From Eledone cirrhosa (taxonomy: Eukaryota): DNA of 64,000 bases. A program made the position numbers and the translations under genes. The stretch spans positions 67,580,001 through 67,644,000 of the forward strand of contig OZ024743.1 in NCBI GenBank assembly GCA_964016885.1, given 5' to 3'. The number at the start of each line of letters is the position of its first letter. Position 1 is the stretch's first letter. Positions 42,236 through 57,249 of the stretch are shown here, one piece after another. A model generated the notes under the pieces. It did not search any database. It had not been told where the DNA came from and saw nothing but the letters and a program-made list of their open reading frames with translations.

Positions 42236-42497
42236 TAATGTATATACTAACGTATATACACAAATACACTTTCACTTATTGACTAAACTTTACGTCAGCT
42301 TACATTATTCATGCTTCAGTACAATGTTGTATACAGAGTAATTTTTTCCTGTCCATATAATCGCTTAAATATATTTATGTATATATCCACTGTCACATAC
42401 ATATAATGATATACAGGAAAAATCACATACACACACTCTTGAATAGATTTACCTATGTGTCTATGTGTATGATATATATGTATATATACTCACGCGC

Positions 42498-42531
<34 letters not shown>

Positions 42532-42544
42532 ATATATGTATATA

Positions 42545-42702
<158 letters not shown>

Positions 42703-42860
42703 ATATATGTATATACATATATCAATTCATATAATATATACATGCATTATATTGTATACATGTATATAATATGTTTTCGGAAAAATGTTTATATAACATA
42801 CATACGCATATATATATCTATGTTTATATATATATCTATATATATATCTATATATAAATC

Positions 42861-43022
<162 letters not shown>

Positions 43023-43358
43023 TCCCCGCACAGTTACACATATAAAGCATCTTTGATTCCAAATCCTACCATACACAACAATCATGAATACCAGTGAAAT
43101 GAAAATATATATATTTCTTACGTCTCCTTCGTATTTATGTATTTATTCTACAGAGATTCAAACAAATGTAGTATTGTACGTATACAGAATGGTTGAGGAT
43201 GCGTACGGAGGAGGGGATGTTGAGAGATGTGGTCTATATAGATGAGAGGGAGAGAGACGTTGATTTATATACAGAGAGATTACGGTAACTCTTTGTTAGT
43301 GTATTCTTTGTGGGACCTTCTGGTTTCATCTCATTAGAATATTATCTCTCTCATTCCT

Positions 43359-43422
<64 letters not shown>

Positions 43423-43425
43423 TTG

Positions 43426-43501
<76 letters not shown>

Positions 43502-43600
43502 CATATACATATCAGCATTCATACATGCATACATGCATACATCTATCTATCTATCACTCTAATGTACGTACATTTTGAATTTTACTTTATGCACACACAC

Positions 43601-43641
<41 letters not shown>

Positions 43642-43726
43642 GTGTGTGTCTATATATACATACAAATACATCTATATACGTATATATATATATATATATC
43701 TATCTATATATATAATATATATATAT

Positions 43727-44062
43727 ATTGAGTATATACTGGTTGTTTACCGACACCTAAGTATGCAGAAGAAGCACTCAACGTGTGGGCAGGTTGGTTT
43801 GTTTACTCAGGTGTAATGTAAAAGTCAAACATGTTAAATTTGGCTTCGTTTATTATAAATTCTCTGCTATGATTCCAGTTCCTTGAAGGACTAACAACAC
43901 ACCCAGGAGCTGGACATATCAATGTAATGACAGAGTGGAACACACTTCAACAACATGTGTACCTAACTTTTCCACACTAATTCGGACTGCTTGAAGGAGG
44001 TCACAGTATATATAGCAGAAAATTTATAATAAACGAAGCGAAATTTTACATGTTTCACTTAC
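43727..44062. mobile_element. Rearranged family E element (inverted 3' part plus forward 5' part)
   Basis: Homologous to 54063-54382; inverted repeats about 43822-43870/44012-44060; HHR stem II and GAAA deleted. Confidence 0.7.
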
Positions 44063-44087
44063 TTAATATATATATATATATATATAT

Positions 44088-44975
44088 ATCGTTTCTGAAT
44101 TTGTTTAGCAAGATTCTTTATGTGAAAACGTGTGTTGAAACCGATATTGTTAGACTTTGGGAGGGCCATGTTGCCAATAAGAAACACACGCACCAGTTGC
44201 TTTCAATTCAATTTATTATAATAAATTTATAATTTAGGAATTTATAAATTTCTGGTTGGTTGGTTGGTTCCACAACCAGATAGTTGTTTATATACTGTCA
44301 AAGTTTTTTCGTCACACATTCTGTGACCTCTTCAGTGACTGGGGATTCTTTTTTTGTTTTTGTGCCTCTCCTTTGTTCTGTGCTACGCCATTTTGTTTCT
44401 GTGTGTTTGTTGTGTGATCAGTCTGCGCATGCGCCACATCCGGGTGTCTGTGTGTGTTTATATTCGTTTATTTATTTGTTTATTTATATGTTACTGGTTG
44501 GTTGTTTGTTCTATGTGCGTGTGTGTTTTCATTTTGTCCTTAATTGTAAGTCGTGATGTTGCTGTTCCACTCATATTTTCTATTTAATTTTGGTTGTAAT
44601 TCTTTTATGTTTATTGCCTCTGTGATTTCTCTCAACATTGCGTCTTTTCTGTGTGTAGATTCTATTTTTATTTCTATGTTCTCTAATTTACCCTTATGTT
44701 CTATTTTAGCATGTTGGTAGAGTACAGATGATTCTTTACTATCTTGAAGGTCTCGCCAGTGTTCATTTATCCGTTCCCCTACACTACGAGCAGTCTCACC
44801 TATGTACGCTATATTTTTGTCTCTACATTGTCCTTCAGTACATCTTATGTTATGTACTACATTTCTAGCTTTACAGTTAACATGGGGGCTTATTTTACAG
44901 GTTATACATTTCTTATCTATACAGGGGGGTCTTTGAAAAGGGTATGTCTTGCTAATAAGTGTTTTTACCTTTCGC
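44088..44975 (-). mobile_element. 5'-truncated Nematis-like PLE; parent of family A pLTRs
   Basis: GIY-YIG reading frame followed by the family A HHR-bearing terminus and (TA)n. Confidence 0.85.
44540..44974 (-). CDS. GIY-YIG endonuclease fragment (absent from ORF track)
   Basis: Stop-free: PPCIDKKCITCK...CKARNVVHNIRC...YIGETARSVGERINEH...SVLYQH...EITEAINIK...LNRKYEW. Confidence 0.88.
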   Translation of the reverse strand, partial: RKVKTLISKTYPFQRPPCIDKKCITCKISPHVNCKARNVVHNIRCTEGQCRDKNIAYIGETARSVGERINEHWRDLQDSKESSVLYQHAKIEHKGKLENIEIKIESTHRKDAMLREITEAINIKELQPKLNRKYEWNSNITTYN

Positions 44976-45807
44976 TGCCAATTCGCCGCCTAAGTGAAAT
45001 AAAAATATGCCATATATGTATTGCGGATTAGTGTGGTTTATATGTACATCTATACTACAGTAAGTGTAGTATAAATATTATAGAACTTTGTGGATTTAAT
45101 GGCGGAGAACTACGTAGTGTATATAATAAATAACTCAGGAAAATATGTTATAGAGACCTGTGTAATGTGTATATCAATGTATGTTTTAGAATATTATAAA
45201 AAAATATATGTTGTGTAATAAAATACCAAAGTATAGAGCATTAGGCATGGAAGTATATAAAGTACATGTTAACTATTAGTTGACTGTGAAAATCATATAT
45301 AATGGGAATATGTAGAATATAGATTATAGATCTGTGTAGCATATTTATTACATAATTGTGTAGCCTGTAAATTATAGTGATGTGTAAACTATATATTACA
45401 GGATATTATATCTTGAAATTGACCATAAAAAACTCGTGATAAGTCACGTCTTCGTAACATATGTAAGTAAATGTCAAGAACAAGATTCAAAATCCAGTAG
45501 GAAAATTATAAAATGAAAGTGAATCACTAACTGCATATAACTACATGGAATACATAGGTATATAATAAAATATGAAGTAAAAATAATTGAACACACATGA
45601 TGTTGAATCTGTAAATGTCGAAACGTTGACATGACAATGGACCTGGAAACTTTGTTGTTCCAAGCGAACTGTAGAGATCTCATAGATAAATAACAGATTT
45701 TAATTTTAAAAAAATTGAAACAGTATATATATATAAAAGAAATATTGTTCCACATATATACGAATATATATCTATATCTGTACATACATGCCCCCCCCCC
45801 ACACACA

Positions 45808-45869
<62 letters not shown>

Positions 45870-46404
45870 TTTATACCATGAACGGGGTTTTGTTTATGCG
45901 CGTAATTGATTTTCACCGATCTAAATAATGACGTATTATCTTCGTTTTATTTTTTCGTTCTTGGCCAGGGAACGTTTCCCCGAACCAAAGTATCGTCTTC
46001 CTGTCTTCCTTCGGTTGCAATGTTTTTCGAAATATTTCCTTATGCGTTCACAGATTGATTTTTTTAGTTTCAGAAGATTCCGTTAAGAGTGAAAGTAGCG
46101 ATTCTTTGCTTAAACTTTAATCTGTTATTTTAATAAATATTTACTCTACGGTTCTTATATATTTGATATATGTTTATCCTTATGGAGCCCTCTTTGGATT
46201 TTAGTCTTCAAATTTATTATTATTACTATTTGGCTCCCTCGGTTGAGCACTGTATTGACTTATATTCATCATGCAGAAACAACATCTGAATATTTCTACA
46301 AAGAACATATCCGTACCAAGCTGGAAGAAATACCTAAAACTCCTGATACAGAAAACAAACTCGTTCATTAAAAGGTTGCGTTGGCGTGCCTTTTATTTCG
46401 ATAA

Positions 46405-48203
46405 CACCGTGTAACATATTTTTTGTTCCCCGGTTCTAAGTGTCATTTACTTGTTTATTATATCCCATTATTATTAAAAAAAAACACTATTATTTAATCA
46501 GAATTTTGGGTTTGTGGTCAGGAGTTTGATATTTCCAAATTTTCATATTTTTCAAGAAAAAACACATTTTAAAAAAAAATTTATCAGTTCATATAATTAA
46601 ATCAACAGAGTGTATATTTATTTTATTACACAAGCTTATCAAAAGCAAACAAGTATAAAAAAATAACACTTATAAAGCAACTTATACACGTCAGAAATGA
46701 CTCGATTTCCTGGGTTTGCGGTTGTAGTCCAGGTCGCATTCCCGCACTAGTACCCAGATATAATCCTCCATCATTTTTTCATTGTAGTGGCCCTGGTACC
46801 TCCGCTCTATCTCTTTCACATCTTGGTGGAATCGTTCGCCTTGTTCTTCTGAGTAGGCGCCCATATTGTCCTTGAAGTTTTCCAGGTGAACGTCCAGCAT
46901 ATGGCGTTTAAGCGACATCCTATATCCCATGGCGCCAAAAGCCTTTATCAGATCCTGCACCAGTTGCTGGTAGTTTTCAGCTCTGTAGTTGCGCAAGAAG
47001 CCCTTACCAACTGCTTTGAAACTGTTCCATGCTGTTCTTTCAATCCTTTTGAGCTTATTGGAGAACTCGGTAAACTCAAACAGCTTCTTTATCTGAAGTC
47101 CAATAACATTTCCACCTTTGATTTTGGCCTCAGATAACTTGGGGAAGAACTCAAGAAGGTAATTAAAAGCGGCTGATTCTTGGTTGAGAGCCTTCACAAA
47201 CTGCTTCATCGACCCCGACTTAATGTGCAGTGGCGGCATGAGCACAATCCTGGGATCAACCAGCGGCTCCCACATGACGTTCCGGGTCCCAACTACAAAT
47301 TCTGTTAGCTGCTCCCAGTTCTTTCTTTTGTAGTGGTCAGAGGTGGCTCTGCTGTCCCAAAGGCAGAGGAAGAATTGAAATTTGATAAAGCCTCCTTGGA
47401 GTCCAAGCAGGAAAGCCACCATCTTGAAGTCTCCAATGATTTCCCAATTGTACTGGTTGTATTGCAGAGCTTCCAAGAGGACTTTCACACTGTAGTAATC
47501 TTCCTTCAGGCAGACTGAATGAGTTAGGAGCAGTGTCGGGAACTTGTTTCCATTGTGTAGGAGGACAGCCTTCGAACTTGTGGTGGAGCTGTCTATAAAT
47601 AGACGCTACTCCCTGGGCACAAACGGCACCCCAATAACGTCAAACAGTCCAGGAACGTCATGGCAGAAGTAGAGGCCATCTCTAAGAGTGTAAAAGCCTG
47701 AGAACGGTTCGTGTCGACTTCTCTGACTTGTCACATGCACTTTCTCCTTGACCAAGTTCCACTGCTTCATCCTGGAGACGAATAGCTCTGCAATGGACTT
47801 GGTCAGACCCATATCCCTGACCAAGTCATTGACTTCTTTTTGGTTTGGGAAGTAAGGAACCTTTTCTGGTACACCAGTATAAATAAATTTCTTTAATCCA
47901 CTTTTTATCAATTTTATACTTTATTGCACTTTTATAATTTTCTTTAGGTATTACTCTTTATTTCATAATTTTAATTTAACCTGAAACATATATAAAAAAA
48001 TCATTTAACATAAGCAAATTAAACTTACATACAACGTAAAATCCAGCATACAAATAATTCTAGTGAATAGCTTAGAATTTTTACAAACCCAAACTTTTAA
48101 TTGTTTAATAGCATTCTTTTTATTTATTTTGGGACCTAAGCAACACGAAAAAAAGTGATTACAAGCCAGGAACAGAGAAGAAAAAATGTTTTGTTACACG
48201 GTG
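46405..48203 (-). mobile_element. Chapaev3-type (CMC) DNA transposon, internally deleted
   Basis: TIR CACCGTGTAACA...TGTTACACGGTG; 3-bp TSD TAA at 46402-46404 and 48204-48206. Confidence 0.88.
46691..47880 (-). pseudogene. Chapaev3-like DDE transposase (C-terminal part, in-frame stop at 47606)
   Basis: RLFIDSS..KAVLLHNGN; GDFKMV..LLGLQGG..FLCLWDSR; PPLHIK; MSLK.H.L..H; SEEQGERFHQD. Confidence 0.88.
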
Positions 48204-51200
48204 TAATCAGGGAAAAGCGGACAACAAACAAGATAAATTTGGGTTTAAAACCTACAATGACCCTCCGAGTAACCCAGCATTGCTACCCTTCGAAAATGAT
48301 GTCTTGGAACTCATACGGAGTATCAAATTTCGGAATAGGATCAATTCCTTCCAGCAGAACTTGAGGAATAGAATTCGTTCTATTAAGGATTCCAATGCCG
48401 TGCACGTCCACTCCGACAAAACTGGCAATCTATATCAAGTGGAGTACAGTACTTACCATCAACTGCTACATAATGCTGTAAATAAGGATTACCGTAAAAC
48501 TAATCGGAGTGTCATTAATGACATCAACGATGCTGGGTTTAAAATCACCTCAGATTACAACTTCATCGACCAGACTGAACATCTGGACCCTATTTCTCCC
48601 CACTTTACCCTGAAGGATCACGAATCCAATTTCCCGAACAACCCCTCTATTCAGCTTATTAACCCTACGAAGTCCGATTTAGGTAGACTTAGTAAAAGGA
48701 TTTTAGATATAATTATACCTGAAATTAGAAGCTTGGCACCTCTTGCACTGTGGAACATTTCTTTTGCGGTGATTGATTGGTTCAACGGCATATGCAACAA
48801 GGAACATTGCCGTTTTATCCAATTCGACATCAATAATTACTACACCTCCATCACTTTACCACTCCTTCTCAGAGCTATCAATTTCGCTAAAACGCTCACG
48901 GTGGTTAAGTATTTCGAAGTTAATGTCATCCTCAATGCCCGTAAGTCGGTGATTAATATCGACGACTCTATTTGGATTAAAAATGTAATAGTACCCCATT
49001 CGATATGAGTATGGGTGGCAGCGATTCTGCGGAGGTTACTGATCTTATCAGCCTTTTCCTTCTTTTCTCTATCAAGGAAGAATTCCTCAACGTGGGCGGT
49101 GGTTTGTACCGTGATGACGGTCTTTTGACCATGACAAAGTGCGGTCCATGCTCTTGCGACAGGTTCAGAAAAGAACTCACAGCCTTCTTTAAAGGCTTCA
49201 ACCTCTCCATACAGGTTGACGCCAACCTCTCGGTCGTTAATTCCCTCGACGTTAGCCACAATTTGTCGAATGGCTTGCACTACCCGTATAGAAAGCCGAA
49301 TTATACGCTTAATTACATAAGCAAGCATTCTAACCATCCTGCCAGCATAACCAAGAACCTGGTAAGAAACGTTTCTTTGAGGTTTTCCGTCTATCTACAA
49401 ACGAGCATATTATCACCGACCATTCCACATATTACAATTAAGCTCTTGTCGATAAGGTAACATATACCGAGTATGAGCATAGACCTAGGAAAAATAGATC
49501 CCGACGCATTATATGGTATAACCCATCATATAATATGGAGGTGGCCACACCATTAGCTAAAATCTTTCTCTCCCTTATTATGAAGCATTCCCCCAGCAGA
49601 TAAATATAATAACATTTCTAATAGAAACACCATTAACATTTCTTACTCTACGACTGATAAACTTGCTCATAACATCACTGCTTCACATTTAGCTAAATTA
49701 CCTAGTCGTAGGAACACGTGCAACCCTGTAGCTAGTACTAACTGTAATTGTAGGAATCATTATGACTGCCCCCTATCCGGGAAATGCCTCTCTAGCAACA
49801 TTGTCTAAAAATGTAAGGTTGAGACACCCACGTCCCGTAGGGCCTACATAGTGTTAACCGCCAATAGATTTAAGCAGCGTCTTTACGTTCATAACCATTC
49901 TTTTCTTAAACCTTTAAGAAGGAATATGACGTCAGTTTCGGCTTATATCTGGAGCCTAAAATCAACCACACCCAATATAGTTTAAACTGGGAGATCATAT
50001 CTGAGGCTAGATCGTATAACGGAAATAAAAGACCATGTGACCTCTGCGCCGCTGAAGCCCTGGAAATACTCTACGCCAATGACCAAATCTGAGGAAATTT
50101 CGACTTGTAAACATAAATTGCACAAAACTTCCTGTATTACAGCCCCACTTTATACCCTAACGGATAGTACGAACTATACGTGGATGATTTACGTCTTGAT
50201 GTGGTAGCTAAGTATATTTTATGTTGATATGTTTATACCATTACTTATTTGTATAGGTAAGTATATATTACCTGTATGTTTTGTGAAGGTACGTATACTT
50301 TCTCTTACGTATATTTTCCTGTATTTGTGATAGGCGTATATATTATATTATATATACCGGTACATGCGTATATGGTTATGTCTATACGTGAGTTTTGGGT
50401 TTGTGTGTGTATGCGGGTTTGCACGTATGTAGGGTATGTCTATATGTGTACATTGTGTTTTGGTTGACGTGGATTTAGCGAACATATATGTATTTACATG
50501 TGGGGGTGTGTGCGCACGTTATATACGTATTTATGTGTGTATATTTATATACGTTTATATAATTATATGTATACGCGCGCACACACACATGTATATATAT
50601 TTATATATATATATATATATTTATGTTTTATGTGTATTTGGTGTATACATTCGTATGTGTGCGGGTACAGGCGTTGCGAGGGTTTTTGTATGTGCGCGCG
50701 TGGTTTTGTGTATGTGCTTGTATTTTCATACCCATGGCGGGTGTTTTCGCGTATGCATGTGTATGTATATGGATGTGTGCATCTATACATTTAATCATTG
50801 TTGATTTCAATAATCTCTGTAATTTATTTACATTATTCTTAACTCTGAAGCCAAGAATCATTCGGTTTTCTAAATAGAATTTTAGTCTACGACTTCAGTT
50901 ATACTATTAACGTGGTTTTGTCTTTGCGTGTAATTGTCTCATTTTCCACATTGGAAGAGAAGGTCTCCATGAACCACCTATTAGAATATTAGTCTACGAG
51001 TTCATTTATACCATAAACCTGGTTTTGTCTTTGCGTTTAATTGTTCTCACTGCAAAAAATAATGACGTATTATCTTCGTTTTTTTTTCGTTCTTTGCCAA
51101 GCAATGTTTCCACGAACCAAACTATCGCCTTCCTGTCTTCCTTCGGTTGCAACGTTTTTCGAAATATTTACTTCTTCGTTCACATATTGATTTTTTCAGT

Positions 51201-51537
51201 TTCAGAAGATCCCGTTAAAGATGAAAGCAGCGATTCTTTGCTTAAACTTTAATCTGTTATTTCAATATATATATACAGAAAAGTATACGATACTGCCGAT
51301 AGCTAATAAGCTTGAAACTAGTACATCTTTCCTGTGTCAGTGTTGAACAAAAAGGTGACGACGGTTGCTTGAACACTGTACGGCGTAATTCTGGCTGTTT
51401 GTTTACAAACAAACCCAGCATTATAATAAATGTTCGGTAAACCGATACGTGCATATATATATGTGTGCATGTATGTATATATATACATACTACTGTACGT
51501 CTGTATACATATATGTATGTACGTATACATACATACT

Positions 51538-51648
<111 letters not shown>

Positions 51649-51931
51649 CAAACAACTGGTTATCGTTCTACATGGCACTGAATAGCATAAATGTAATCTG
51701 AAAATATCATATATTTTGACTAGCACTGACAGTTGACAGGTAAGCACTAAACTGCACTGATGAAGGGTAATTACCCAGAGACATTAGTGTCTGCAGTTCT
51801 GTTTGTATGCCAACACAAGAGCGAGAATGAGGGGCTCATTCGACTGACATGGCTTATAAAAGAGGCAGTTTACATAATTGAAAACGAATCGAATATTATT
51901 ATTAATAGTCAAAATCTCACATTACATCTAT

Positions 51932-52071
<140 letters not shown>

Positions 52072-52434
52072 TACATATCTGTATATATGATAAACTTAGG
52101 TAAATTAAAAAAGAGAGGAAAATACAACAAATGAAAGTTGGCTAAACGTAAACCAATTTTTTAAAGGAGGAACTTTATAAAATTCTCTTTTTATTAAAAT
52201 TACATATGAAAAGCACAGAAGTCCGGGATCTTCAGCCGTTGAGATGGACGTCAGCAAATTCGACCCTCTACCGAAGGTATTGCTGGTCCGCCCGATCTCA
52301 CAGTGTCTGACACAAGCCGAAGCGTTTCCCAGTGGAGTAAAAGATGAGACAAAATAATTAAGCTATGAGAAGTACAAACAAAGTTTTACGCGAGGACAAG
52401 GAAACATATTTTTATACCCACACGTATATATATA

Positions 52435-53670
52435 ACTTAACTTGGATAATTTTGATAGGTTTCGGCCAGTATTGGCCCAGGTCATGTCTAACTTAATAGC
52501 ACCACCTGGCGAAATCTTTCAAATCGGGATTTGGACACGATGGCCCACTTAAGTAGAGACTTATTGTTTAAGGAGACATACCCGGGTGTAGGAGGTTTAT
52601 CCGAGGTTTCTTGAAGGAATTTGTCCGCAGACTTCTTGAATTTTATGGGGTCAGTTTCTGTTTTAATGTGTTTTGGTTTAATGTTAAAGAGAGCGGGACC
52701 AATTGAGGTGAAATAATTGTGCCGTATAGGTGTTATGAGATGCGAGTGTGATTTATGTTGTGGGCGTATAGCACGGGGCCCAAGACTTGTACATTAAAGG
52801 TGATGCCAACATTATTCGGGCAATACTGATGGAATATTTGACATATGATGTTGATGATGTAGCGTTCACGGTAGTTTTGGAGTGAATAAAGTTTGAGTTT
52901 TTCTAATCAACTCCAATAGTCAAGGCCTTTCATGCCATCTATATTTGTAATAGACCTTTGAGGAGCTTCACCTTTCATGATACTTTGTTTCATGAGGGGA
53001 GACCTCAGTATTTAAGGTGGGGTCGGGAAAAAGTGGAGATCAGAAGGATAATTGTGTGGACATCTCTCGACTGGAAAGTTCTGAGGAATCAGGAACACAT
53101 TCCGCACACCATTTCAAAGTTGCTGTTTATATGAGTGGCCCAGCTTATGTTGTTGTCCAAAATTACTCCCAATACTCTGATGTTGTTGAATGTCACGAGA
53201 GTTTCACCCGAAGGAAGGGAGTATGGGAGTTTCAGAGCATCCTCTTTTCCAAATTTGATTAACTCAAATTTATCCTTGTTCAGCTGCAAATTGTTCTTTT
53301 CTGTCCGTTGGATAACAGCCAGTAGGTCTGACTGAAGACATGTCCGGTCACTCACTTCAATGATGACCTTCTGGAGGTTGGAATCATCTGTAAAGATTCT
53401 TATGTTGCTGTGCTTGATGATGTCAGTAATCAATGACATTACTGTAGATGATGAGAGGTAAGCCCAACACAATGACTTGTAGGACGCCACTGGTGACTTT
53501 GGCTGAGCTTGATTTTAGTCCTTCGACTACATGTGCTCTGTCTGTCAGGAAGCACTGGATCCATTGCAGTAACTTTCTTGAGACACCAACATTGGACAGT
53601 TTCTTCAATAGAAACCTGTGATTAATCCTGTCAAAGGCGTTGTGAAAATTAAGGTAGATGACATCAGTGT
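52435..53670 (-). mobile_element. CR1-group LINE, 5'-truncated and decayed
   Basis: DVIYLNFHNAFDRINH..LLKKL; VTSGV; IFTDD; LQSDL; VLGVILD RT motifs across frameshifts. Confidence 0.85.
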
Positions 53671-53685
53671 TGTATATATATATAT

Positions 53686-54405
<720 letters not shown>

Positions 54406-54785
54406 GGGACCCGTATCTTAGCAGAGGTAAATATAGTGGGGGTCAGTATGTTATAATGTGTGAGCAGAAGATTGGAACGTTACATTTTTGTTTAGACTTA
54501 TAGGATGAAGTTAAACAATTAATATTTAATATTAACATTATAAAATTAAAGAAATTAGAAAATTGAAAGTTTAACATTATTAAGGTTGCGAGGTTTAAGC
54601 AAAGAAAGAGTCTTTTATGAAGACCCTTACATTTTATTATAGAGTAAAGATTATGTCTTTGTTTAGCCGTCAAACAACATGCGGCGACTACAAGCTGGCG
54701 CACCTGAAGCCTGTTATACATTCCTAGAGTGCTCAGAAAAATCGATTTCCATATCTTTCGCGAGGCGATATCACCTCTGCTAAGA

Positions 54786-55465
54786 TACGGGTCCCTTTGA
54801 AAAATATTTTTTTCGCGCCATTCCTGGCCTGACTGTAGTCTTACATTAATATCGACCTTTCTTCCTCTTTCTTTCTATCTTTCTTCTTGTAGCCATCAAC
54901 CCTGACTTTTCTTCTTCTTCCTTTTCTTCCTTCTCTTCTCCTTTCTTACTGTCTTTCTCCTTGTGGTATGATATTAACTGTTTCTACTTTAGGCACAAGG
55001 CCAGCAAATACCCAGTGCATTACTGGTACTTTATTTTACCGACCCCGTAAGGATGAAAGGCAAAGTCAACCTCGGCGGGATTTGAACTCAGATCGTAAAG
55101 GGACGTAACTATGCTGGAAAGCATGGCGTCCGATCCTCTACCGATACTGCCAATAACGCTGACTTATCTTCCTCCCCCTTTTTGTTTGCCTATATTTGAC
55201 CGGTAGTAGTTGTTAAGGTACGGGTCCCTTAGAATAAACATTTTTTTCGCGACATTCCTGGCCTGACTGTAATACTGACCTTTCCTCCTCTTTCTTTCTG
55301 TCTTTCTTCTTATAGCTGACATTAACCCTGGCTTCTATTCTTCTTCCTTTTCTTCCTTCCCCCTTCTTCTCTCTTCTTTCTTTCTTTTTTCTTGTGGCAT
55401 GATATTAACGCTGACTTATGTTCCTATTCCTTTCTGTTTTCCTTTATTTGACCGGTAGTAGCACA
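54786..55465 (+). repeat. ~245-bp tandem duplication; first unit carries a SINE
   Basis: TACGGGTCCCTT...TTTGACCGGTAGTAG repeated at about 54786-55210 and 55218-55462. Confidence 0.8.
54980..55154 (-). mobile_element. tRNA-derived SINE
   Basis: Same family; the empty site is visible in the second tandem unit. Confidence 0.9.
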
Positions 55466-55592
55466 CTGTAAGCTTTAGCCACGTCACTCGAGGGCGACCG
55501 GCAAAGGTGGAAGATACTGGATGTCGGTCGTCCTCGGGTCTTTGATTTTCAGCCCCATGGATTTTATCTATTACATTCACTTATTATATTTT

Positions 55593-55654
55593 GAATACCT
55601 GATGATATCACCGGATTCATACGGAACCCGGTCATTGAAATGATCATAGGATTT
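55593..55654 (+). ncRNA. Type I HHR motif
   Basis: AATAC-CTGATGA-..ACCGG..CCGGT..-GAAA-TGATCA-TA-GGATT; palindromic stem III; about 110 bp upstream of (TA)n. Confidence 0.65.
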
Positions 55655-55759
55655 ACACAAGTTCAGCCTCCTGTCATTTCTTTATAATATTTAAATTGAT
55701 ATTTATTTATCCTTATCGAGCCCTCTTTGGATTTTAGTCTTCACATTTATGATTATTAC

Positions 55760-55790
<31 letters not shown>

Positions 55791-55837
55791 ATATACAAAT
55801 ATATATATATATGTGTATATACTAATATATATATATT

Positions 55838-55999
<162 letters not shown>

Positions 56000-56015
56000 T
56001 ATGTGTGTGTGTGTG

Positions 56016-56051
<36 letters not shown>

Positions 56052-57249
56052 TATATACACATATATATATATATATTTGTATAGATATGTGTGTGTGTGT
56101 ACGCATGCATGTATATATATATACATATATTGTAAATTTCCTGTTTGTATTAGATGCAATGAATGAAAATGTACTCACTAAACTCTATGCAGATATTTCG
56201 ATGTCTATTTTGACTGGACAATAGAACTATTATCTCCATTCTTCCAACTGTCTTCGTGTAGAGGGGCTCGACTGTTGTATTATAGATTTATGTAGTGATT
56301 CTTACATATGTAGTAAAGGGAAGAAAGTAAATGACAAATGAATAGAAAAAAACTAAGCTAAGTACGAAGGGAAATTAAAAATGCTTTCCATGGTGATGTG
56401 GTGTATTAAAGTTGTAAATCACATGTTGCCATTAGCTCAGGTATTTTTACGGGGAGTGTTTGTTATTTCAGAAAGTGGTAACATGTGAGTTTGTGTGTGT
56501 CTTGAAAGAGTCTGATGTCTGTATGTGTTTGTTTCAGAGCTTCCTGGAGATTAATGTTTTGATTTATTAACTATAAAATACATTTAACATAAAGAAAATT
56601 GTGTTACTTTTGTATTTCTAAAACAAATTATTTTAGGTGGGAATTAATACAAATTGTTCATTTAATCAGTATGCCTGAATTTGCAAGAAGTCGGAAATTA
56701 CTATCTAAAGGGGGGGGGGGGGGGTCACTCTGACGTTATATCTAAAAAAAAATAATAGAATTAAACAAATATCAAATAAACGTTTTGTTTGGCATTTGTG
56801 TTCACATTGGTTTCTGTATTTCTGCTTAATTTTGCCTTTTCCAGGCAATCGTATATGTGTGTGTAGTGAGTACATTTGTGCGTGTATGCTACTGTGTATG
56901 TGAGCTTGAGTGTGCTAGTGAATAAATCTATGTGTATATGTGTGAGTACCTGGTGCAGCGGTTGGATGATGATTAATGTGTGAATTTATTAAAACAAGGA
57001 GGAAAAGAATGTTCCTTTGTGTTGATGTGTGAGCTTTCTTACGGCGAAAAATACATCCAAGTTATTGAATTACTCCATATATATTTATTTGCAAAATGTC
57101 AGAATATAAATATATAATGGTGGAGTGAAGTAGGACGCCCATTCTGACACTATTGCTATTCCTAACGCGCAATGTTCTTGAAAAGGAAAGAAAAATTCTT
57201 ATATATCTGGATTTCATGTTATTTCTGTTCGTATGGCGTTATGGTATTT

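Larger units (their letters stand above)
46271..50130 (+). pseudogene. Naiad-like RT-GIY-YIG polyprotein, interrupted and frameshifted
   Basis: STKNISVP..YLKLLIQK..FIKRLRWRAFYF | FGFKT..PP..FENDVLEL; SDKT; LINPTKSDLG; FIQFDINNYY; MGGSDSAEV; LYRDD; CNC..CPLSGKC; CDLC. Confidence 0.9.
45872..51262 (+). mobile_element. Full-length but decayed Naiad-like PLE with direct pLTRs
   Basis: Direct repeats 45872-46132 and 51010-51262; ORF from ATG 46271; further family-end fragments at 535-590 and 29831-29890 (-). Confidence 0.88.

Noticed and set aside
49735-50130. Selenocysteine recoding in the full-length Naiad-like copy
   Set aside because: Conserved cysteines are TGT/TGC; disruptions are TAA stops and frameshifts; no SECIS-like hairpin seen
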